Assembly: GCA_000965745.1 (NCBI GenBank)
Contig: CP009479.1
Location: forward strand, 1 to 64,000
Origin: an uncultured archaeon
Lineage (GTDB): Archaea; Thermoplasmatota; Thermoplasmata; Thermoplasmatales; Thermoplasmataceae
DNA length: 64,000 bases
Direction of reading: 5' to 3'
The notes beneath the pieces were generated by a model. That model was not told the DNA's origin and did not search any database. It saw only the letters and a list, made by a program, of their open reading frames with translations. Both the position numbers and the translations under genes were made by a program. Of this stretch, positions 57,020-64,000 are shown piece by piece. Position 1 is the stretch's first letter; the number at the start of each line of letters is the position of its first letter.

Positions 57020-57608
57020 TGTTATTGTGGCAGGTGTCGGAGGCCAGGGTGTAGTGACAGCCGGCACCCTGATCTCACAATCCGCCCTTGTTAAGGGGCA
57101 CAATGTTGTGATGTCGGAGATCCACGGACTGGCCCAGAGAGGAGGGTCAGTATCTGTTGAAGTGAGGATAGGGAATATCAGGAGCCCGATAATTCCCAAA
57201 GGGGAAACAGACCTTATCCTGGGGATTGAGCCCATAGAAGCGGTAAGGGCGGCCGAAAATGCGGGAGAAAGGACTGATGTACTGATAAACATAGGCCCGG
57301 TTGAACCGGTTTCGTTGAGCATGAGAGGGAAGGAGTATCCCGACATGCGTGAACTCGTCTCGGAAATCGTCGACAGGCTTGATGTCCATTTCATAGATGC
57401 GCTTCCCCTGGCCCTCGAGGCCGGGGATGCAAGGGCCGTCAGTACAGTAATGGTCGGGGCAGCATTGCAGCTTGGAATACTTCCAATAGATGAAGAATCA
57501 ACCCTGGAAGCTTTGAAGAAGAGGTTCAGCGAGAGGCTTTACACAATAAATGAAAAAGCCTTGAAACTCGGAATGAAGAACGTGCTTCTGGCCCTTCATG
57601 AAATATAG
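57009..57608 (+). CDS. iorB: Indolepyruvate:ferredoxin oxidoreductase beta subunit
   Basis: GVGGQG, SEIHGLAQRGGSV. Confidence 0.94.
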   Translation: MEVNVIVAGVGGQGVVTAGTLISQSALVKGHNVVMSEIHGLAQRGGSVSVEVRIGNIRSPIIPKGETDLILGIEPIEAVRAAENAGERTDVLINIGPVEPVSLSMRGKEYPDMRELVSEIVDRLDVHFIDALPLALEAGDARAVSTVMVGAALQLGILPIDEESTLEALKKRFSERLYTINEKALKLGMKNVLLALHEI

Positions 57609-57870
57609 CGTGTACTCGGGACAAATTCCATTCTTTTTTCCGCATATTTTATATTTTTACTTCCAAACGGAATGTCATATTCCAAGGCATGCCGGAGTCA
57701 ATTATATGCCCGTTAAGTCTCAGCCCCATAGTGTTCATGTGAACCACACCATGCAATGCAATATGTTTATCCCTGCGGATAAGATTCAGCCTTCAAAGAC
57801 TGTATTTCAGGGGTGCAGTCCGCTCTGCGATCACCTTAAATAGGTTTTATCAATCAAGCTTTGAATTTAA

Positions 57871-58125
57871 ATGCCTAGACCCAACACAAGCGCCCTCAGA
57901 CCCATGGATGTTCTCAAGAGTGCAATTGAGAGAAACGTCCTGGTCGATGTTAAGGGAAACAGAGGATATTCCGGAATTCTTGAAGGATATGACATCTACA
58001 TGAATCTAGTTATTCGAAACGCCGGCGAGACGATCGGCGGTGAGAGCAAGGGTGTCTACGAGAGGCTCCTCGTCAGGGGGGACAATGTCATATTTGTTTC
58101 GCCATCAAGAGGTGATGAAAAGTGA
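57871..58125 (+). CDS. Sm/Lsm RNA-binding protein
   Basis: RPMDVL, G.LEGYD.YMNLV, VRGDNVIFVSP. Confidence 0.93.
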   Translation: MPRPNTSALRPMDVLKSAIERNVLVDVKGNRGYSGILEGYDIYMNLVIRNAGETIGGESKGVYERLLVRGDNVIFVSPSRGDEK

Positions 58126-58286
58126 GTAACGGAACAGCCGTAATGGGCAAGATGAATAGCAAGAAGGTTCATGTTACATGTCGAAGATGTGGCCAGCATG
58201 CGTACCACGTCAGACAGAAGAGGTGCTCACACTGTGGATTCCCTAGCCCACGAATCAGATCTTTTAGATGGGCAAAAGCCAAGTGA
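58122..58286 (+). CDS. rpl37e: 50S ribosomal protein L37e (not in the ORF track)
   Basis: GTG start; MSNGTAVMGKMNSKKVHVTCRRCGQHAYHVRQKRCSHCGFPSPRIRSFRWAKAK; usual position after the Sm gene. Confidence 0.93.
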   Translation: MSNGTAVMGKMNSKKVHVTCRRCGQHAYHVRQKRCSHCGFPSPRIRSFRWAKAK

Positions 58287-59679
58287 GTATTGCGCAGTAG
58301 TAGGCTTCAACGGAGCTGATTCTGCCTTCGCAAATGTACTAGTTTCTCTAAAGTCCCTCCAGCATAGAGGGCAGGAAAGTGCCGGAATAGCAATTTATGA
58401 CGGCAATTCACTCAATGTCAGGAAGGGGATGGGCCTTGTTTCTGAGGTCTTTAGTGACAGCTACCTGGAAAACGGAGGGTCGCTGAAGGGAAAGGTCGGC
58501 ATAGGCCATACACGCTATTCCACTGCTGGAACTAAAACGCTGGAGAATGCGGGACCTTTTATTGTTTCAAATTCGATAGGGTACATGGCACTGTCCCACA
58601 ACGGTGAGATAGTGAACGCGGATCCCCTCAGGGAAGACCTCAAGAAAAAGGGCATGACATTCCTTACGTCTTCTGACTCGGAAGTCATGCTGAATGTGCT
58701 TTCGAAGGAAGTCGTTGAGAACGGAATCCAGCGTGGCCTCAGGCTTGCGATGGAGAAACTGCGCGGGGCATATTCTGCTGCTGTTGTTGTCAATGACAGG
58801 CTTTTTGCAATACGCGACCCGCACGGTTTCAGGCCACTTATCATAGGGAAGGTCGGCGAAAATTACATTGCGGCTTCAGAAAGCTGTGTCCTGGACATCC
58901 TGGGAGGAGACCTGATACGCGATGTCAACCCGGGGGAAGTTGTTGAGCTCACGGAGAGCGGCCCTGTGACACTATTTTCTGTTCCTGCGAAGAAAACCGC
59001 CCACTGCATGTTTGAATACGTGTATTTCGCAAGGCCGGACAGCGTCATTGACAAGATTGAAGTTTACAACGTCAGGATAAACCTTGGAAGAAAGCTTGCA
59101 AAGGAGCATCCGGTCGAAGCAGACATAGTGATCCCGGTCCCGGATTCTGCAAGGGCCCAGGCACTGGGATACTCAAATGAGTCGGGAATCGCATACGGGG
59201 AAGGGCTCATGAAGAACAGGTTCTCGGAGAGGACTTTTATTATGCCCAACCAGAAGTCAAGGACTTCCGCCCTGCGCCTGAAGCTCAACCCGATCAAATC
59301 TGCCATAGAGGGGAAAAGAATAGTCCTCGTTGATGACAGCATCATTCGCGGCAACACGATGAAGCACATCATAAAGATCCTGAGAAGGTCGGGTGCCAGT
59401 GAGGTCCATGTCAGGATAGGATCTCCTGAAATCATAGCTGCATGCTATTTCGGCGTGGACATGAAGACAAAGAAAGACTTCATCGCTGCAGGGAAGACCG
59501 ATGAGCAGATTAGGGAAGAGATAGGTGCCGATTCACTTGGGTACACGTCGATAGAAGGGCTTGTCGACAGCATCGGGATGCCTGAAAACAACCTGTGCCT
59601 GGGCTGCATTACAGGCAGATATCCCGTGAGCGTCGCAGGCGAGAGGCTGACGATGCAGACCGAACTTGAGAGCTACTGA
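58234..59679 (+). CDS. purF: Amidophosphoribosyltransferase
   Basis: Catalytic Cys (EYCAVVG), LQHRGQE, GHTRYST, HNGEI, VDDSIIRG; GTG start 8 nt after GAGGTG. Confidence 0.94.
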   Translation: MDSLAHESDLLDGQKPSEYCAVVGFNGADSAFANVLVSLKSLQHRGQESAGIAIYDGNSLNVRKGMGLVSEVFSDSYLENGGSLKGKVGIGHTRYSTAGTKTLENAGPFIVSNSIGYMALSHNGEIVNADPLREDLKKKGMTFLTSSDSEVMLNVLSKEVVENGIQRGLRLAMEKLRGAYSAAVVVNDRLFAIRDPHGFRPLIIGKVGENYIAASESCVLDILGGDLIRDVNPGEVVELTESGPVTLFSVPAKKTAHCMFEYVYFARPDSVIDKIEVYNVRINLGRKLAKEHPVEADIVIPVPDSARAQALGYSNESGIAYGEGLMKNRFSERTFIMPNQKSRTSALRLKLNPIKSAIEGKRIVLVDDSIIRGNTMKHIIKILRRSGASEVHVRIGSPEIIAACYFGVDMKTKKDFIAAGKTDEQIREEIGADSLGYTSIEGLVDSIGMPENNLCLGCITGRYPVSVAGERLTMQTELESY

Positions 59680-60534
59680 TCAGGGCCTTTTTTCCATCAT
59701 TCTTTCTTTTATTGTGTCTCTCATGGACTCTACGTCCACCGTCCCGCCAAAATAATCTGCCCTTACCGCGATTGCGAGCTTGTTTGCGAGTGTTCTCGAA
59801 ACCCTTCCCCTTCTTTTCGGGGGAAGTGAAGATATTCCCGGGAACTTGAAGATCACGCCATGCTTGGGCGGTGGAGTTCCGGACCTCATATGCTTGAAGA
59901 AAGCCTTGTCTGCGCCAAGGACCTGTAAAGTGCTGGCAGGGTACCGCACAAGATTCTTCAGCCCCCCTCCGAGATATAATATTTCTGTTGCAAGATCGGC
60001 CCCAACGAGGGCTGTGCTGTTCGGCATCACCGTGCCTATCCGGCCTGCTATGAAAGTGGAAAGGTTCGTCCGGAGGCCGCACATCCTGACCCCCTCTGTA
60101 GAGATCTCCCTGAGGATCGTGTTCAGGCCGGGATCTTCTGTATCGGAGCCGATAAGGGCGAAGAACCTGCATGGATCATTTCCATATTCAGGAAACCCTG
60201 AAAGATGCTCCAGGACAGTGGTCTTCTCGAGATAGAGGTTGATTATCCTGTCCATCTCAAGCCTCAGGCCGAACAGCTTGATAATCAGCTGGTCTTCGGA
60301 GAACTCATCTTTGATCCTTCTTTTTCCGTAGCTTATCAGCCTTTCTCTTAGGTCCGGAATCGTCCCCGCTGCCTGTGTTGTTTCCGGAAGCCTTCCTTCC
60401 CTGAGGGTATCGAAAATCTCTTCGTAATTTTCCTCCAGACCTTTGAACTGGCCTGTCAGTTCTCCTTCTTCCACTATCCCGTACCACTTTATCTCTCTTG
60501 GTGGCTTTTTCTGGCCTTTTTTCTTGTTTTTCAT
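59680..60534 (-). CDS. nop5: C/D box sRNP protein Nop5 (Nop56/58)
   Basis: PASTLQVLGADKA, PPKHGVIF, RGRVSRTLANK..IAVRADY; start uncertain. Confidence 0.88.
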   Translation of the reverse strand: MKNKKKGQKKPPREIKWYGIVEEGELTGQFKGLEENYEEIFDTLREGRLPETTQAAGTIPDLRERLISYGKRRIKDEFSEDQLIIKLFGLRLEMDRIINLYLEKTTVLEHLSGFPEYGNDPCRFFALIGSDTEDPGLNTILREISTEGVRMCGLRTNLSTFIAGRIGTVMPNSTALVGADLATEILYLGGGLKNLVRYPASTLQVLGADKAFFKHMRSGTPPPKHGVIFKFPGISSLPPKRRGRVSRTLANKLAIAVRADYFGGTVDVESMRDTIKERMMEKRP

Positions 60535-61477
60535 GGAAAACCTCAACCTTCCTCTTTGGTGCTTCTTCACTCACGGGCCTGGCCTTTCCCGGCCCCCTCT
60601 TCCTCTCGGGCTCGACCATGACCCTGTCGAAGTCCACGACCTTGAGGTCGGAAATATCTGATGAATGGACAAGCATCCTGCCCGTACCTATCAATTCGTT
60701 ATTTTCTGAAAGGACGCAGACCCTGTCGCCGATTCTTGCCTCCCCCACCATGGATTTTATACCTCCGGGGTAAAGGTCTGCGCCATGCGCGATGTTGTCT
60801 ATTGCTGATTTTTTCACGATGATCTTTGGCTTGTCACTGAAGAGATAATTCATCGGAAGGAAAATCCCCCTGAACGGCCTGTCATCGCCCTGGTTCATGA
60901 GCTCTACGGAGTCCTTGAGCTTCTGGATGGTTGTCATCCTGTCCTCCCTGAAAACTCCAGTTGAGATCCTGCGAAGGTCTGCCATCTGTGCACCAGTCCC
61001 AAGGACATACCCCATGTCAACACAGAGTGTCCTGATATAGGTCCCCGAGTCCGTCTTTGCCCGGAAAAGGATCATCTTGCCCTCCTTCTCCACCAGTTCC
61101 AGCTCGTATATCCTCCTGGACCTGATCTCCCTGGCCACTGCTGACTTCATTGGAGGAATCTGGTACACTTCCGTCTGGAACTCCTTCATGACTTCAATGA
61201 GCCTCTCTTCTGATACGTCCGAATGAATGCGCATTGCGCAGATATATTCCTTCGTGTCCTCATGGGCCACATCGATCAGCTTTACAGCTTTGCCGATCGC
61301 CATCACAAGCAGCCCTGTTGCATTAGGGTCGAGAGTGCCCACATGGCCAACCTTGTCGACCCCGAGGATCTGCCTTACCCAGTGGTCCACCTGGTGACTC
61401 GTCGGCCCCTTCGGCTTGTCTATGATAATGAATCCGTCCAGTTTATGGAACTTTTCCGGCGAGTCTGATTTTGTCAT
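60305..61477 (-). CDS. cbf5: H/ACA pseudouridine synthase Cbf5 with long basic C-terminal tail
   Basis: DKPKGPTSHQV, GHVGTLDP, SGTYIRTL, PUA domain. Confidence 0.93.
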   Translation of the reverse strand: MTKSDSPEKFHKLDGFIIIDKPKGPTSHQVDHWVRQILGVDKVGHVGTLDPNATGLLVMAIGKAVKLIDVAHEDTKEYICAMRIHSDVSEERLIEVMKEFQTEVYQIPPMKSAVAREIRSRRIYELELVEKEGKMILFRAKTDSGTYIRTLCVDMGYVLGTGAQMADLRRISTGVFREDRMTTIQKLKDSVELMNQGDDRPFRGIFLPMNYLFSDKPKIIVKKSAIDNIAHGADLYPGGIKSMVGEARIGDRVCVLSENNELIGTGRMLVHSSDISDLKVVDFDRVMVEPERKRGPGKARPVSEEAPKRKVEVFHEKQEKRPEKATKRDKVVRDSGRRRTDRPVQRSGGKLRRDFRYPQGRKASGNNTGSGDDSGPKRKADKLRKKKDQR

Positions 61478-61985
61478 AAATTTCATTCACTACTTGCTCA
61501 ACAGATAGGTTTTCAGTATTTATAATGAGATCGTAGTATTTCTCATCCCTGTAGTCGATTCCATAGAATTCCCTGTACCTCTTTATCTCAGACTCCTCCC
61601 TTTCCCTGACAAGAGCCCTTATCTTCCCGGAATCGGACTGCTCCCTTCCCGATACTCTTTTCACCCGGGTCTCAAAGGGCGCGTCTATGAAAATCCTGAA
61701 TGAGTCAATGGAGTTGTTGAAGCATATCCACCCCACCAGCCTTGATTCCACAACAACGTTGTCGTTATTCCTCATGAAGCCAAGTATCAGGCTGTCCTGC
61801 TGCTTGTCTATGTCGATGTGGGTCTCTGCGTACACGTTGAATTCCTCAAGGCTCATGTTGTATTGTGCAGCGAGCTGTCGGAAAAAAGTCCCCCCGGAAA
61901 AAAATTCGTATTCGAGCAGTGATGCAAGTTTCTTGCCTACACTGGACTTTCCTGAACCGATGGGGCCACTAATCGTTAATTTCAT
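61443..61985 (-). CDS. cmk: Cytidylate kinase (archaeal type)
   Basis: ISGPIGSGKS, ESRL, RYREFYGID. Confidence 0.92.
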   Translation of the reverse strand: MKLTISGPIGSGKSSVGKKLASLLEYEFFSGGTFFRQLAAQYNMSLEEFNVYAETHIDIDKQQDSLILGFMRNNDNVVVESRLVGWICFNNSIDSFRIFIDAPFETRVKRVSGREQSDSGKIRALVREREESEIKRYREFYGIDYRDEKYYDLIINTENLSVEQVVNEIYDKIRLAGKVP

Positions 61986-62661
61986 TTTCAGTTGAGTATT
62001 CCATTCTCCTCAGCTTGTATGTGAAGTCGACGTACTTGATCACCATTGTGACGAAGTATCCCACCACCATAACCGCTAGGAAGTAGATGATGATCCAGTA
62101 GTATATGTATGCGTAGAAATGCGTGTTCAGGTTAACGTTCCAGTTCCACGGGAATGCAACTATTGCGTATGGCAGGTTTGCAATGAATGAGAACAGCCAT
62201 ATGAATATGAGGTAGGTCACCACACTGAATATCATCAGGGGCTTCATGGTGTTCATTGAGACCTGCTGCTGCTCCATTGTCACGTCCATCTGCATCTTCC
62301 TCAGCTTCTGGATCCTGTCCTTCTGGCCACTCTTGTAAGCTTCCCTCATTGTCTTGCTGAAAGCCTTCATCCTGTTCTGGGCCTTTCCCATCTTCAGCCA
62401 GTCCGTGAAGAAGTACCTGGGAATTGAGGTCACGACCCCTATAAGTATTCCTGCAAGTAGCAGAGTAAGGACAGGCAGGTCGAAGTTGAACCCTATGAGG
62501 GGCGAGAAAACTACATCCAGGGCATTGCCTATGGCAGTCCTCAGTGTAGTGTTGGACAATATAATGATATATACAAAGAAACTCAGCATGTAAAGCATCT
62601 GGGTCTGGAGGCCTTTTTTCATGCCTTCCTGCGGAGTTTTAGTCTTGTTCTGTTCAGTCAT
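61969..62661 (-). CDS. DUF106/EMC3 (Oxa1 superfamily) membrane insertase
   Basis: TM1, coiled-coil, MKPL, further TMs; conserved adk-cmk context. Confidence 0.87.
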   Translation of the reverse strand: MTEQNKTKTPQEGMKKGLQTQMLYMLSFFVYIIILSNTTLRTAIGNALDVVFSPLIGFNFDLPVLTLLLAGILIGVVTSIPRYFFTDWLKMGKAQNRMKAFSKTMREAYKSGQKDRIQKLRKMQMDVTMEQQQVSMNTMKPLMIFSVVTYLIFIWLFSFIANLPYAIVAFPWNWNVNLNTHFYAYIYYWIIIYFLAVMVVGYFVTMVIKYVDFTYKLRRMEYSTENEIND

Positions 62662-63220
62662 CTGTCCTCAGCCTTGATATGATAGTATTCGCTGCTATGT
62701 TAGGTTTTCCCTCGGGATTTTCTATTATGTTCACCGTGGCTCCCGTGAAAACAGAATATGCAGCGGCATAGTACCTGTTTATCTCCTGGTCCATTCTTAT
62801 GTCATTTTCAGTGGCTGCGTCCCTGTCTCTCGTGCTGTCGGTTGCCCTCCTGCTCAGTACGAGTGATGGGTCAGCCTCTATGACGAAGTATGCTCCGACC
62901 TTGAGTTCCCTGATGACCCACTCAGGCAATCCGGGGAGATAGCCACCGTGAGATTTTATTGACATGTGGGTGTCGATTATTACTGAATCCATCTTCCCAA
63001 TGGCTGCGGAGGCTTTCTTCTGCAGGTTGATCTGCGTGTCTACAGAAAGCTTCCTCAGTCCGTCTCTGTTCTCCACAAGGCCGATGTCCTTGGCCATTTC
63101 AAACATGAGGGTACCGAAGTTTATGATATCATAATTAGTCCCCTTCTTGACCAGATCCAGAACTGTCGATTTACCGACACCCGCGACTCCCGAAATTACG
63201 ACTCTCAATTTATCCACCAA
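62654..63220 (-). CDS. adkA: Adenylate kinase (archaeal)
   Basis: SGVAGVGKST, NFGTLM, IDTH, YLPGLP. Confidence 0.94.
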   Translation of the reverse strand: MVDKLRVVISGVAGVGKSTVLDLVKKGTNYDIINFGTLMFEMAKDIGLVENRDGLRKLSVDTQINLQKKASAAIGKMDSVIIDTHMSIKSHGGYLPGLPEWVIRELKVGAYFVIEADPSLVLSRRATDSTRDRDAATENDIRMDQEINRYYAAAYSVFTGATVNIIENPEGKPNIAANTIISRLRTDD

Positions 63221-64000
63221 CGAAAAACTGCCTAATGACCGGGTGCATCTCCATAAGCTGCTCCTTGCCCATCGCCTCGTAGAACTGGATCACTATGCCC
63301 ACCGCCAGCAGCAGGCCGGTTCCGCTTGTATTCCCCACCGTCCCTATGAGGTTTGCGCCGGCCGCAAGGAGACCGACAGCTGCACCACTGAATACTGTTA
63401 TCACTGGAATGTACTTGTTAAGCACCCGTTCCATGACCTTTGGGTCTCTTCTGAAACCCGGTATCTGCATACCGCTGGACTGTATCTGCTTGGCAACCGA
63501 GGCGGCACCCATGTTCGTAGTTTCGATCCAGAACTTCGCGAATATCACGCTCGCGATTGTCATGAACCCGACAAATGAGATTATATGTGCCGCTTCCTGA
63601 AAGCTGGAGTGGCCCAGGAGAATCGACTGGTACCCTGCAGGGCTGATTATGGGAAACAGCCAGTCCGACAGGCCGTTGGGAGAGAAGAGGTAGAACGCCA
63701 GGCCGCTGGTCGGCGTAGTCTTAGATATGCCAAGCTGTGTAATCTGCTGTGCCGTTGGATAAGCTCCCAGAAGAGCATTATGTCCGAGCAGTGGAACGTG
63801 GCTCAGCACGGGCGACGACCAGAACAGCAGTGTCCACATTGAGATGTTTGCAAGCAGTGCTGTTGCGAGTATGACCGGTATGTTTGAAGCGTAGAAAAGC
63901 TGGAGCGGGTATCTTCCCCTGGCACCCCTCACCCTTTCATGGGCTATGGGGAGCTCAATCTTGCTGCTCTGGAAGTATGCGACGATGAAGAATATGAGCA
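63210..64000 (-). CDS. secY: Preprotein translocase SecY (5' part beyond the window)
   Basis: RGARGRYP..LFYASNIPVIL, QIPGFR, GTGLLLAV. Confidence 0.96.
   Translation of the reverse strand, partial: LIFFIVAYFQSSKIELPIAHERVRGARGRYPLQLFYASNIPVILATALLANISMWTLLFWSSPVLSHVPLLGHNALLGAYPTAQQITQLGISKTTPTSGLAFYLFSPNGLSDWLFPIISPAGYQSILLGHSSFQEAAHIISFVGFMTIASVIFAKFWIETTNMGAASVAKQIQSSGMQIPGFRRDPKVMERVLNKYIPVITVFSGAAVGLLAAGANLIGTVGNTSGTGLLLAVGIVIQFYEAMGKEQLMEMHPVIRQFFVGG

Overview
Window from an archaeon of the order Thermoplasmatales, inferred from the fused rpoB, the N-terminally extended rpoA2, the stand-alone 5S rRNA and the absence of L30e/L34e/L14e at their usual positions. About 1-6.6 kb is a decaying, tRNA-targeted integration hotspot. 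It holds a complete IS with terminal inverted repeats inserted into a type IIG restriction-modification gene, two paralogous tyrosine-integrase remnants, a tRNA 3'-end (att-like) fragment, a disulfide-oxidoreductase pseudogene, an MNT-HEPN toxin-antitoxin pair and an IS5 fragment. A tandem pair of uncharacterised ~300-aa paralogs follows. The rest is mostly core genome: prpDBC, rps13-rps4-rps11-rpoD, hemLCD, aIF-1A/Rio1/Dim2, tRNA-Lys-rpoHBA1A2-nusA, mtnA-trpS, otsAB, top6BA, the rpl44e-rps27e-aIF2a-nop10-PAC2 operon, iorAB, Sm-rpl37e-purF and secY-adk-DUF106-cmk-cbf5-nop5. Most interesting leads: the nested att/integrase architecture, an atypical cupredoxin, the unknown paralog pair, a structured leader before rpl44e, and a long cbf5/nop5 overlap. 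No CRISPR array was seen.
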